This document shows, piece after piece, positions 33,732-43,068 of a DNA stretch of 64,000 nt. This DNA comes from Candidatus Aminicenantes bacterium (GTDB lineage Bacteria; Acidobacteriota; Aminicenantia; Aminicenantales; JAFGAV01), in contig JAFGAV010000063.1 of assembly GCA_016933515.1 (NCBI GenBank), positions 3,629-67,628 on the forward strand, read 5' to 3'. The stretch's first letter is position 1. Every line of letters begins with the position of its first letter. The notes beneath the pieces were generated by a model that saw only the letters and a program-made list of their open reading frames with translations, had not been told where the DNA came from and did no database searches. A program made the translations under genes and the position numbers.

Positions 33732-36700
33732 ATGGCGCCTCCGTCACCGACACCTCCCCGCGCCCGGGATATCGCCGAAGAGCTTTTTGCGCTCCTCAAA
33801 GGCGCGGACCGACGCCGGACCGTCTTTCTCGACGGCGCGGGTGAATGGGCCGAAGATCCGGTCCTTCTCGAAGACCGGATCGTCCATCATGTCCTCTTTC
33901 GTCTTCCGGACTTCGCCGGGGGAAAAAGGCTGACGGCCGCGGCCGTTCTGGCTCCTGTTCTCGCTCCTGAAATCCGCCGGGCTCTTCTTTCCCTGAGCGG
34001 GGGAAAAACTCCGGTGATAGAGGCCGCGGGCTTGATTCGCGGCCTCGCCGTTCTTCTGCGGAAAGAAGTCTGGAAGCACAACGCCCGGCGCCTCGTGCCG
34101 GATTGGAGGCGAGAGGAAACGAGACGACGCCGGGACGACCTCGCCCGGCTGGCCGAGGAAGAAACCCGTTTCCGAGCCCTTCTGAACCAGGAGACAAGGG
34201 ATCGTCTCGAGGAGATTCTCCGCGGCCCGGAGCCCGCGGCGGAATTCTTCAAAACTTTGGTGCCTCTCGCGGCGAAGGAAGAAAGGCTGCTGTCCGAAAT
34301 CCGGGATCTCCGCCGGGAGCTTGATGACCCGGAACGGGCGGAGGAAGCGGCCGGCCGCCTCCTCGAAAAAATCCACCCCCCCCTGGGCATCGTCACCAAC
34401 ACCTCGCCCGCCCTTCTCCTTCCCTGTCTCATGCTGTTGAATGACGAAAGCCTCAATCCGGACTTGGGGATTCCCTACGCCGCCTCGGTCATTTTGAGCA
34501 TTCTCCGAGATCCGCGCTCGACCGCGCATCTGTTCCGCGCACTGAGGCGTTTTCCTCCCCCTTGCTCCAAAATCAGGGAGAACGTCATCTACACCCTCGG
34601 GGGTCTCCGCGAAACGAGCGCCGTCCCGGAGTTTGTCGCCATGATTGACGGCCCCGACGAAGCCTCCGAAGGGGACGGCCGCGTCCGCCTCCTGGTCGGA
34701 CAGAAGATCGAGGCCGTCTGGGCGCTGGGAAGGATCGGAGCGGAGGCGATGGCCGCCGTTCCGGCCCTGGCGCGCTGCGCCGGCCATGACTCGCCCGACA
34801 TCAAGACGTGCGCGGCCTGGGCCTTGGGGGAGATCGGCCGCGCGCAGAAAGACAAGCTGGGGGGGCTCGACGCCGATGTCGTCATCGCCCTCCTCACGCT
34901 TCTCAAACTCAAGGACAGGCGGGTCTACGAAGAAACGGTCGGCGCCCTGCGCAAGATCGACCTCCCCGAGTTCGTCCACTCCCTTTATCTTTACCACGCC
35001 GGGGCGGTCAGCCTGCAGGGACTGGTTCCGGCCCAGCGCGGATTGTATGATCTTTCGGAGACGCTCCATTTCCTGATCCGCTCCAAGGGCCGGGCGATCA
35101 TGGCCGTCACCGGCGACTCGGGAACGGGGAAAACATATTTCTGTCAAGCCATCGCCGGCGGGTTCGGCACCCTTCGGTCCGGCGACATTTTGTACCTGAT
35201 GCGGGACGACATAAGAGGCCGCAAAGTCTTCAACCGGATTCTCGGCCTCCGCTGGCTGAAAAAACACATCGACCCGGTCACCTACCATGATTATCCCCTG
35301 AGCGAGGAGGAGGACGATCCCCGCTCTTTCCTCGACGGGTTTCTCGAGGCCAACGCGCACAAGAAGCTCATCATCCTCGACGGCTGCCGGGATCGGGATT
35401 ATTTCCAGCGGGTGATCGACACGTTCTATGAACAGGGCGCCCTCGACCTTGACGTGACCTTCCGGGCGACGTTTTCCACCCGGCGTCTGAACCTCGAAGA
35501 GCGCGAAACGGCCCTCGAAAGCGTCAAAACTCACCTGGCCTTTCAGGAAGAGCCCATACTGGAAGACACGCCTTTCTACCGGGAGGGGGTTGTCCTCGTC
35601 TACGACCTCGACAACTCCGTGGGGGCGCGCCTCGATCGGGACGAGACTTTGGAGCTCTTCGACAGACAGAAAATCGAAAGCTGGGGCGGATTCATCCGCC
35701 TCGGCTCCTTCGAGCGCGGCAGACGGGAATGGCCGTCGGTCTCCTCCAAGCTTGACCTCGGCGTCGAGTCGATCTCATGCCGGGAGACGGCCGCTCCCCG
35801 GGCCGCGGCCCATCCCTTTCGCCAGCACGAGCGGCACATCCGTCCCCTGGTGAACGACAACCCGGAGGCCGCTCCGAACCTCCTCGAGACGTTCGACCTC
35901 GGGGATCTCTCTGCCGACAGACTGAGGCTCTACGCCCGGAATCAGGTGGCCGGAACCGCCGAGGACGGCAGGGCGTTCGTTCTGAGCTTCATAGACAACC
36001 GGCTTTTTCTCGCTCCCGGGCGGGAAGAAAAGGCCGTAGGATTGGCGCTCCTCGGCCGGGACCTGGCCGTTCTTTCCGAAGAAGGCGGCCTGTCCCTCGT
36101 CTCGTTCGAACACGACGAGATCACGGATTTGGGCGAGAGGGAGACGACCGCGCCCGCCCGATCCCTCGGTTCCTCGGGCCGGACGACGCTCGCCTCAGGA
36201 CACGAGGACGGTTCGGTCATGATCCGCGACCTTGAGGAGGGGATGATCCGCGCTTTCCGCTTCGGCCGCGGCGCGGTCCGGGCGTTGGCGTGCGACCTTC
36301 GAGGCCGGGTCTGCGCGGGAACAAACGACGGGTGGCTTTTCAGGCTCGACCCTCAATCCGGAAGAGCGGACGTCGCCCGGTTCGAGGGACAGAGCGTCAC
36401 CTTGGTCAAAACAATCCTCCGGGACAAGATGCTGGTCGTGACCGAAGAGCCGAAGGCCGCGGCGGGGGCAGGCCGCATTCACATCCTCGACTTCGGGGCC
36501 GGGACGTTGAAGACGATCGGGATCGAGCCCGGGAGACGGGTGACAAGCGTCAGCGCGGACTGCGACGGCCGGATCGTCGCCGGCCTCGACAACGGCGGAC
36601 GGGGCGCCCCCTTCCGGCCGAGCCTTCTCATCGTCGCGTTCGAGGGGGAACGCGTCTTCCGCAGCGAGCTCTCCGGCCACCCCCGGGGAACGAGCGACTG

Positions 36701-36845
36701 CCTGACCATGGGCCCCAAAATCATCAGCTGCGGAAGGGAGGAAACGGGCGGGACCGCACTGCGCGTTTGGGGGGCGGAGCATTATGTCCGGACCGAGCTC
36801 GGCAAGCTGGCCGTCAGCACGGTTTGGCCTTCTTCTTTGCGCTGA
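33732..36845 (+). CDS. 1037-aa multidomain protein: N-terminal helical/HEAT-repeat region, P-loop kinase-like NTPase, C-terminal WD40-like beta-propeller; function unknown
   Basis: HEAT-like AVWALGRIGAEAMAAVPAL...CAAWALGEIG. Walker A AVTGDSGTGKTYF with Walker-B-like LIILDG. C-terminal repeats such as LASGHEDGSVMIRDL, CAGTNDGWLFRLD, VAGLDNGG. Confidence 0.65.
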   Translation: MAPPSPTPPRARDIAEELFALLKGADRRRTVFLDGAGEWAEDPVLLEDRIVHHVLFRLPDFAGGKRLTAAAVLAPVLAPEIRRALLSLSGGKTPVIEAAGLIRGLAVLLRKEVWKHNARRLVPDWRREETRRRRDDLARLAEEETRFRALLNQETRDRLEEILRGPEPAAEFFKTLVPLAAKEERLLSEIRDLRRELDDPERAEEAAGRLLEKIHPPLGIVTNTSPALLLPCLMLLNDESLNPDLGIPYAASVILSILRDPRSTAHLFRALRRFPPPCSKIRENVIYTLGGLRETSAVPEFVAMIDGPDEASEGDGRVRLLVGQKIEAVWALGRIGAEAMAAVPALARCAGHDSPDIKTCAAWALGEIGRAQKDKLGGLDADVVIALLTLLKLKDRRVYEETVGALRKIDLPEFVHSLYLYHAGAVSLQGLVPAQRGLYDLSETLHFLIRSKGRAIMAVTGDSGTGKTYFCQAIAGGFGTLRSGDILYLMRDDIRGRKVFNRILGLRWLKKHIDPVTYHDYPLSEEEDDPRSFLDGFLEANAHKKLIILDGCRDRDYFQRVIDTFYEQGALDLDVTFRATFSTRRLNLEERETALESVKTHLAFQEEPILEDTPFYREGVVLVYDLDNSVGARLDRDETLELFDRQKIESWGGFIRLGSFERGRREWPSVSSKLDLGVESISCRETAAPRAAAHPFRQHERHIRPLVNDNPEAAPNLLETFDLGDLSADRLRLYARNQVAGTAEDGRAFVLSFIDNRLFLAPGREEKAVGLALLGRDLAVLSEEGGLSLVSFEHDEITDLGERETTAPARSLGSSGRTTLASGHEDGSVMIRDLEEGMIRAFRFGRGAVRALACDLRGRVCAGTNDGWLFRLDPQSGRADVARFEGQSVTLVKTILRDKMLVVTEEPKAAAGAGRIHILDFGAGTLKTIGIEPGRRVTSVSADCDGRIVAGLDNGGRGAPFRPSLLIVAFEGERVFRSELSGHPRGTSDCLTMGPKIISCGREETGGTALRVWGAEHYVRTELGKLAVSTVWPSSLR

Positions 36846-36905
36846 TCCCCGAATCCCCGTCCCGCCGGGAGAAAGGCGCATCCCGAATTTCCTCGGCTTT
36901 TCGGG

Positions 36906-36911
36906 TATAAT
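36906..36911 (+). promoter_or_regulatory. perfect TATAAT -10 box upstream of the peptidase gene
   Basis: TATAAT lies 44 nt upstream of ATG 36955. No convincing -35 element. Confidence 0.3.
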
Positions 36912-36954
36912 GTCGTTCATGCCGCAACATCATGCTCTGAAAGGAGATCGCTCC

Positions 36955-39177
36955 ATGTTTCACCGCAAGCTTTCGGCCGCCGCAGCCCTGGCCGCATTTT
37001 TTTTCGCCCTCGCCGTGCCGGCATCTGCGGCCCCGGCGAGGACGGAGGCCAAGAAAAAACTGACTTACGAACAGGCGTTCCTGAATAAAGGCCCCCTTCT
37101 TCTCAAGCCCCTGACCGCGTCCGGAGAGTGGCTGGACGACGAACATTATCTCGTGACCGAAATCGACAAAGTGACGAAAACGTCCAAGATGTATAAAGTC
37201 AGGGCCCGAACCGGAGAAAAAGAGCTGTTCCTGGACTTCGAGGCCGTAAAGAAAAACGCCCCGGAAGGCTTCCCCGCGGCGGCGGGAATCGGGAGATTCG
37301 GCGGGCTGACCGTCGGTCATACCGAGGACTGGAGCGGACTGCTGTATTCCTTCAAGAATGACCTCTATTTTTACCGGGTCAAGGAGGGCCGGATGGCCCG
37401 GCTGACCCATGACGACGATGAGGAAAAGAACCCGCGCCTGTCGCCGACGGGCGATCGGGTGGCCTTCACCAGGAACAACAATCTCTTCACCGTTACGCTC
37501 TCCGAGGGTCGGGAAGCCCAGCTCACCCGGGACGGCGGCGAACTCATCTCGAACGGCCGGGCTTCGTGGGTGTACTTCGAGGAAATCCTGGGCCGCGCTT
37601 CCCGCTATGCCGCCTTCTGGTGGTCGCCCGACGGGGAAAAAATCGCCTTCCTGCGCTTCGACGACAATCCCGTCCCGGAATTTCCCATTTACGACGCCGA
37701 GGGCCGGCACGGCCGCCTGGAGCGGCAGCGCTATCCCAAGGCCGGCGACCCGAATCCCAAAGTCCGCCTGGGCGTCGTCCCCGCCGCGGGCGGGCCCGTT
37801 GTCTGGGCCGACTTCGACGAGGACGCCGACCATTACGTGGCCTGGCCGTTCTGGCTGCCCGATTCGTCGCGCCTGAGCGTCCAGTGGATGAACCGCGCCC
37901 AGGACACGATCAGAATCTATCTCCTCGACCCGGCCACCGGCAAAAAGTCCGCTCTCTACGAAGAAACGCAGCCGTCGTGGGTGGAATTCTTCGAAGACCT
38001 CTATTTCTTCAAAGACGGCAGCGGCTTCCTCCTCAGGAGCGACAAGAGCGGCTGGCGCCACCTCTATCTTTACGACGGGAACGGCCGCCTCCGAAGGCAG
38101 CTTACGGACGGGCCGTGGTCCGTCCAAGGGATCTCCCTGGTCGATGAAAAGAACAAGCGGATTTATTTTACGGCCAATAGGGACGCCGAGACCGAGAACC
38201 ATCTCTACCGCATCCGTCTGGACGGGCGGGGATTGGAAAGGCTGACCCCGGACGCCGGAACGCATTTCGTACAGGTCTCGCCGGGCGGCGGTTATTTTCT
38301 CGACACGCATTCCCAGATCGCCCGGCCGACGAAACTCGACCTTCGGAGCGGGAACGGCGCTCTGGTCCGCCTCCTGGAAGACAGCCGCGCTCCGGAGATG
38401 GACGATTACGCTCTGGGCCGCGTCGAGCTCTTCACGATCCCCACCTCGGACGGCTGGAACCTCCCCGCCTCCTGGATCCTCCCGCCGGACTTCGATCCCG
38501 GGAAAACCTACCCCGTTCTTTTAACCGTTTACGGCGGCCCGGCCACGCCCCGGGTGTATAATTCCTTTCCCCCGCTTTCGTCCTTTTATCTCGCCCAGGA
38601 GGGGATCATCGTCCTCACCGCCGACCACCGCGGGTCCGGCCATTTCGGGAAACAGGGCACGGCCCTGATGCACCGCTCGCTCGGCAAATGGGAAATCCAT
38701 GACTGGGTCGAGGCCGTCAAATGGCTGCGCGGCAAGCCTTTCGTCGACCCGGCCCGAGTGGGCATCACCGGCGGCAGCTACGGAGGCTACGCCACCTGCC
38801 TGGCCCTGACCGCCGCGGCCGACTTCTTCACCCACGGATTTGCCCGGGCCTCGGTCACGGATTGGCATCTCTACGACACGGTCTACACCGAACGCTACAT
38901 GGACACGCCGGCCGAAAATCCCGAGGGGTACAAAAACGGATCGGTGATGACCCACGCCCCGAACTTCAAGGGCGTCCTGCACATCGAGCACGGCGCTCTG
39001 GACGACAATGTGCACGCCCAGAACAGCATTCAGCTCATCGACCGCCTCATCGACCTGGACAAGGACTTCACCTTCATGCTCCTGCCCAAGCAGCGTCACG
39101 GCTCCGTGGATAAAAAGAGGGAATTCTCCAACCGCCAGTTCGTCGCCTTTTGGCTCAGACATTTTCTCGGCCGTTGA
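36955..39177 (+). CDS. secreted dipeptidyl-peptidase IV / prolyl oligopeptidase family S9 serine peptidase
   Basis: ATG 36955 lies 8 nt after AAGGAG. Signal peptide MFHRKLSAAAALAAFFFALAVPASA. Propeller region with WSPDG repeats. Catalytic GGSYGGY, and D...H in the C-terminal alpha/beta-hydrolase part. Confidence 0.85.
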   Translation: MFHRKLSAAAALAAFFFALAVPASAAPARTEAKKKLTYEQAFLNKGPLLLKPLTASGEWLDDEHYLVTEIDKVTKTSKMYKVRARTGEKELFLDFEAVKKNAPEGFPAAAGIGRFGGLTVGHTEDWSGLLYSFKNDLYFYRVKEGRMARLTHDDDEEKNPRLSPTGDRVAFTRNNNLFTVTLSEGREAQLTRDGGELISNGRASWVYFEEILGRASRYAAFWWSPDGEKIAFLRFDDNPVPEFPIYDAEGRHGRLERQRYPKAGDPNPKVRLGVVPAAGGPVVWADFDEDADHYVAWPFWLPDSSRLSVQWMNRAQDTIRIYLLDPATGKKSALYEETQPSWVEFFEDLYFFKDGSGFLLRSDKSGWRHLYLYDGNGRLRRQLTDGPWSVQGISLVDEKNKRIYFTANRDAETENHLYRIRLDGRGLERLTPDAGTHFVQVSPGGGYFLDTHSQIARPTKLDLRSGNGALVRLLEDSRAPEMDDYALGRVELFTIPTSDGWNLPASWILPPDFDPGKTYPVLLTVYGGPATPRVYNSFPPLSSFYLAQEGIIVLTADHRGSGHFGKQGTALMHRSLGKWEIHDWVEAVKWLRGKPFVDPARVGITGGSYGGYATCLALTAAADFFTHGFARASVTDWHLYDTVYTERYMDTPAENPEGYKNGSVMTHAPNFKGVLHIEHGALDDNVHAQNSIQLIDRLIDLDKDFTFMLLPKQRHGSVDKKREFSNRQFVAFWLRHFLGR

Positions 39178-39178
39178 G

Positions 39179-40096
39179 ATGGAGACGCGGACGGACATCC
39201 TTGTGCCGGCGACGTCCTGCCCCGTCTGCGGCGGGCGGGATCTCTCCGCCTGGAAGCGCGCAAACTTCGACGCCGCGCGCCTGAGTTCGGCCCACATCAA
39301 GATCACCGACAGCGAATACGGGAAAGTCTGGGATCTGAGCCGATGCCGGCGCTGCGGGCACATCTTCGCCGATCCCGGTCCCTCTCCCGCGGCTCTCGCC
39401 GCCCTCTACGCGGAGGTCGTCGATCCCCGGTATGAAGAAGAAGCCGCCGGCCGGTCTCAGAATTTCCTCCGCCTTCTCAGCCGCATGGAAAAGCACCGGC
39501 CGGGCAAGGGCCGGCTGTTCGACGTCGGCGCGGCCACGGGCATCCTGCTCGACCTCGCCCGGAGAAGAGGCTGGGACCCCGCGGGCGTTGAAGTCTCTTC
39601 CTGGGCGGCCGGCGTGGCGGCCGAAAAATACGGCCTGAGCGTGAACGTCGGCGACTTCGTCGAGACCGACATCGCCCGCGACCGCTTCGACGCGGTGGCC
39701 ATGGTGGACATCATTGAGCACCTCGCCCGGCCTGTTCCGGCCGCGGTCAAGGCCCGGGAAATCCTGAAGCCGGGAGGGATTCTCTGTCTCGTGACCCCGG
39801 ACATTCACAGCCCGGCGGCCCGGATGGCCGGCCCCCGATGGTGGCATCTGCGGCCGGGGCACCTGGCCTATTTTTCCCTTCGCAGTCTGGCCGTGCTTCT
39901 CGGCCGCGCCGGTTTCCGCGTCCTGGAGCTGCGCCGCTACGCCTGGACGTTCAGCGCCCAGTACCTTCTTTCCCGGCTGCCCCCTTTGCGCGCCTGGGCC
40001 GATTCCGGCCCGGCTTCATTCTTGAGGAGCATTCCTATAAAATTGGCTCTCGGCGACTCCTTTGAAATCTACGCCGAAAAGGTGAACAGGGATTGA
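39179..40096 (+). CDS. class I SAM-dependent methyltransferase with N-terminal zinc-ribbon
   Basis: CPVCGG...CRRCGH, then FDVGAATGILLDLA (motif I) and AMVDIIEHL. ATG lies 2 nt after the peptidase stop. Confidence 0.8.
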   Translation: METRTDILVPATSCPVCGGRDLSAWKRANFDAARLSSAHIKITDSEYGKVWDLSRCRRCGHIFADPGPSPAALAALYAEVVDPRYEEEAAGRSQNFLRLLSRMEKHRPGKGRLFDVGAATGILLDLARRRGWDPAGVEVSSWAAGVAAEKYGLSVNVGDFVETDIARDRFDAVAMVDIIEHLARPVPAAVKAREILKPGGILCLVTPDIHSPAARMAGPRWWHLRPGHLAYFSLRSLAVLLGRAGFRVLELRRYAWTFSAQYLLSRLPPLRAWADSGPASFLRSIPIKLALGDSFEIYAEKVNRD

Positions 40097-41001
40097 ATCC
40101 TTATCTGAAGGCGGTCCGGCCCGAACGGTGGCCGCGCAGTTTGGCGATCTTTCTCGGCCCGGCCGCTTTCATCTTCCTTTATAGGGATGCGCTCGCCGGC
40201 CTCTCCTTTTTCGAGGCCGCAGGGCGCCTGGCTCTGGGCTTTCTTCTTACGTGGGGCATCTCCACGGCCAATTATGTGGTCAACGAAATCGCCGACATGC
40301 CCACGGACATCCACCACCCGAGCAAGAAACACCGGCCGCTTCTCCGGGGGGAAATCCGGAAAACGCCGTTCGCCCTGCTGGGCGCGGCTCTGGCTTTGCT
40401 GTGCCTGGCCATCGCCTTTCTCGCTTTTTCCCGGCCCTTCTTTTTCTCCCTTCTGGCGCTCCTCGTGGCCGGGTTCATCTACAACGTCAAACCCGTGCGG
40501 ACCAAGGACATTCCCTTTCTCGATTCCCTGTCCGAGTCGATGAACAATCCCATTCGTCTTTTCATCGGCTGGTTCGCCTTGGCTCCCGCCTCCCTGTTCC
40601 CGCCCCTCAGCCTCGTTCTGAGCTGGTGGGCTTTCGGGAACCTGCTCATGGTGGCCAAGCGCCTTTCGGAGTTCCGGTCCCTCAAGGAGAAAGCCGAGGA
40701 ATACCGCGCTTCCCATAAAGCCTACAGCCGGGCTTCTCTCCTTCTGGGCATGACGGCCAGCACCGTTATCTTCTTCGCTTCCTACTTCTGGTTCGCCCGG
40801 TCGTTCAAACTCCAATCGTTCTTCTTTTATTCCGTCGTCCTCCTCCTCCTGGTGGTCATCGTCTTCCGCAAAACCCTGCGCGAGGAGGAAGTCATGGAAG
40901 AACCGGAAAAGCTCTTCGGCACGCGTCTTGTGGCCGGACTGCTGATCGTTCTGCTCGCCCTGTTCGTCCTGTCTTTTTTCCTGGATTCGGTCGGCCGGTG
41001 A
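40093..41001 (+). CDS. UbiA-family prenyltransferase (integral membrane)
   Basis: NYVVNEIADMPTDIHHP (NxxxDxxxD motif) and multiple TM segments. TTG start in a TTGA overlap with the methyltransferase stop. Confidence 0.8.
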   Translation: MNPYLKAVRPERWPRSLAIFLGPAAFIFLYRDALAGLSFFEAAGRLALGFLLTWGISTANYVVNEIADMPTDIHHPSKKHRPLLRGEIRKTPFALLGAALALLCLAIAFLAFSRPFFFSLLALLVAGFIYNVKPVRTKDIPFLDSLSESMNNPIRLFIGWFALAPASLFPPLSLVLSWWAFGNLLMVAKRLSEFRSLKEKAEEYRASHKAYSRASLLLGMTASTVIFFASYFWFARSFKLQSFFFYSVVLLLLVVIVFRKTLREEEVMEEPEKLFGTRLVAGLLIVLLALFVLSFFLDSVGR

Positions 41002-41624
41002 TGAGCCCCTCCCCGCCTCCGAGAAAAAAGCTTCTGGCGGCCACAACCAATGCCGGCAAGGCCCGGGAGATCGCCCGGGTCCTGGAATGCCTTCCCTTCG
41101 ACATCCTGACGCTCGAGGTCTTGGAGCCGATTCCTCCGGCCCCGGAGGAAGGGCGGACTTTCCTGGAAAACGCCAGGCAGAAAGCCGTGTTCTATTCGCG
41201 GCGGAGTCCGATGCTGACCCTGGCCGAGGACTCCGGCCTTGAGATCGATCATCTGGACGGCGCGCCCGGCGTGTTTTCAGCGCGCTTCTCCGGTCCGGAA
41301 TCGAACGACGCGCGGAACATCGCCAAAGTGCTCGAGCTTCTTCGGGGCGTTCCGGAACAAAAGAGAACGGCCCGGTTTGTCTGCTGCGCCATTTTGTGCC
41401 GAGGCGGGGAGACGCTGACCGAGACGACCGGGCGCGCGGAGGGAATAATCAGCCTCGAACCCCGGGGAGGCGGCGGGTTCGGTTACGACCCGATTTTCTT
41501 TTACCCGCCTCTGGGGCGGACGTTCGCCGAGCTCTCCCCCGAAGAAAAAAACTCGGTCAGCCACCGGGGAAAAGCCCTGAGGATGGTCCGGGATTTCCTC
41601 CGCTCTCACGCTGTCGAAGCCTGA
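40998..41624 (+). CDS. rdgB: RdgB/HAM1-family non-canonical purine NTP pyrophosphatase
   Basis: LLAATTNAGKAREI, AEDSGLEIDHLDGAPGV.SARF, GGGFGYDPIF, SHRGKAL. Start is GTG 40998 or ATG 41001. Confidence 0.85.
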   Translation: MMSPSPPPRKKLLAATTNAGKAREIARVLECLPFDILTLEVLEPIPPAPEEGRTFLENARQKAVFYSRRSPMLTLAEDSGLEIDHLDGAPGVFSARFSGPESNDARNIAKVLELLRGVPEQKRTARFVCCAILCRGGETLTETTGRAEGIISLEPRGGGGFGYDPIFFYPPLGRTFAELSPEEKNSVSHRGKALRMVRDFLRSHAVEA

Positions 41625-41651
41625 AAGGAGGGGGACGGCCCCCTCCTTTTT
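41624..41651. terminator. bidirectional intrinsic terminator between convergent rdgB and comEA
   Basis: Perfect 11-bp stem AAAGGAGGGGG/CCCCCTCCTTT with a 4-nt loop and flanking T/A runs. It fills exactly the space between the two stop codons. Confidence 0.7.
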
Positions 41652-41965
41652 CATTTGGCCTGGGCGTCGGAGCCGACCGTCACCAGGTCCTTGAGGCTGC
41701 GGAACATCTTCTCCCCGATGCCTTTGACCTTCAATAGGTCCTCGGCCCTCTTGAAAGGACCGTGTTCCTTGCGGTAGTCCAGGATCCTCTGGGCGAGCTT
41801 GGGCCCGACGCGGGGCAGGGACTGAAGCTCGTTCAATCCGGCGGAGTTGATGTTCACCTTGGCCTTGCCCGTGTCCGCCTGCGCGCGGCCCATGGCCGCC
41901 AGGGGGACGAGCAGAAAACACACCAGCACCGCCAGGGCGGCGCTTTTTCTGAAAAGATGATTCAT
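41651..41965 (-). CDS. comEA: ComEA-like helix-hairpin-helix DNA-binding protein (secreted)
   Basis: Signal peptide MNHLFRKSAALAVLVCFLLVPLAAMG, then INSAGLNELQSLPRVGPKLAQRILDYR...LLKVKGIGEK (HhH motifs). Confidence 0.8.
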   Translation of the reverse strand: MNHLFRKSAALAVLVCFLLVPLAAMGRAQADTGKAKVNINSAGLNELQSLPRVGPKLAQRILDYRKEHGPFKRAEDLLKVKGIGEKMFRSLKDLVTVGSDAQAK

Positions 41966-42183
41966 GAAAACCTCCTTCCGGCGATGGCAATGCAAATGCC
42001 GGGCCAGAATTCGGCGGGCGGAATCTTCCATGAATACAGCCTGTTGGATGTCGGGCGGGATCCGGATTGTCCTCGCCGGTTGGCGGAAACCGCCCCGCGG
42101 CGGAAACCCGGGTTGTCGGCTTTGCGCCCCTCGCGTCCGAAGTCCCGTTTCAGAAAAAACCGGGACAGGGGCAGGACGAAACG

Positions 42184-43068
42184 CTAGGAGCGGGGATGGG
42201 TTTTGCGGTAGGTCTCCATGAGCTGCCGCAGGTCGAGATGCGTATATTTCTGGGTCGTGGCCAGGCTCTCGTGGCCGAGGAGTTCCTGGATGACCCTCAG
42301 GTCCGCCCCGCGGCCCAGAAGGTGCGAGGCGAAGGAATGGCGCAGGGAATGGGGGCTGATCTTCCGGCGGACCGCTGAGCGGCGGAGATACTTGCCCACC
42401 GCCCGCTGCACGGAACGGGTTGTCAGCCGCGTCCCCCGCCGGTTGAGGAAAACCGCCTTCTCCCCGGTTTTGACGGGCTCGAGTTCGGCCCGAACCTTCA
42501 GATAGGCCTTCAGGCTCTCTTCGGCCTTGCGGCCGAAGGGAACGAGGCGTTCTTTTCTGCCCTTGCCGCGCACGCGCACCAGCCGCTCGGAGAAGCCGAT
42601 GTCCTCGAGGTTCAGGGCCGCGAGCTCGCTGACCCTCATGCCCGTGGCGTACAGGAACTCGAGAAACGCCCGGTCGCGGAGGCCGAGGAAGTCGTCGCCG
42701 CGGGGCAAGTCCATGAAAGCGGCCGTTTCCTCCTCGGAGAGAAAAGAGGGCACGGGGCGGTCGAGCTTGGGTCCGGGGAGCAGCCGGGCCGGATTGTCGT
42801 CGCGCCAGCGGCGCTTGACGGCGTATTGAAGAAAGGAGCGGACGGCGGCCAGCTTGCGGGAGACCGTGGATTTCTTCTGCCGGCGCTCATGAAGGCGCAC
42901 AAGATACGCACGCAGCAGCGTGTTGTCCGCGTCGCGGACTTTTCTGTCCCTTTCCCGGAGAAATGCGGCGAACTGCTCGAGATCTCTCCGATAGGCGGAC
43001 AGGGTATGGGGCGAGGCGTTTTTTTCATGCCGCAGATGGGAGAGAAACTCTTCGAGCTCGAATGTCAT
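42184..43068 (-). CDS. xerC: tyrosine site-specific recombinase XerC/XerD
   Basis: FLSHLRHEKNASPHTLSAYRRDL, ATGMRVSEL, HSLRHSFASHLL, LGHESLATTQKYTH (R-H-R-Y pattern). Confidence 0.9.
   Translation of the reverse strand: MTFELEEFLSHLRHEKNASPHTLSAYRRDLEQFAAFLRERDRKVRDADNTLLRAYLVRLHERRQKKSTVSRKLAAVRSFLQYAVKRRWRDDNPARLLPGPKLDRPVPSFLSEEETAAFMDLPRGDDFLGLRDRAFLEFLYATGMRVSELAALNLEDIGFSERLVRVRGKGRKERLVPFGRKAEESLKAYLKVRAELEPVKTGEKAVFLNRRGTRLTTRSVQRAVGKYLRRSAVRRKISPHSLRHSFASHLLGRGADLRVIQELLGHESLATTQKYTHLDLRQLMETYRKTHPRS

Noticed and set aside
42184-43068. Tyrosine recombinase as a marker of an integrated mobile element
   Set aside because: It sits in the conserved housekeeping arrangement dprA-topA-xerC. 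No flanking direct repeats, tRNA target, phage genes or transposase genes are visible, so it is called chromosomal XerC/XerD.
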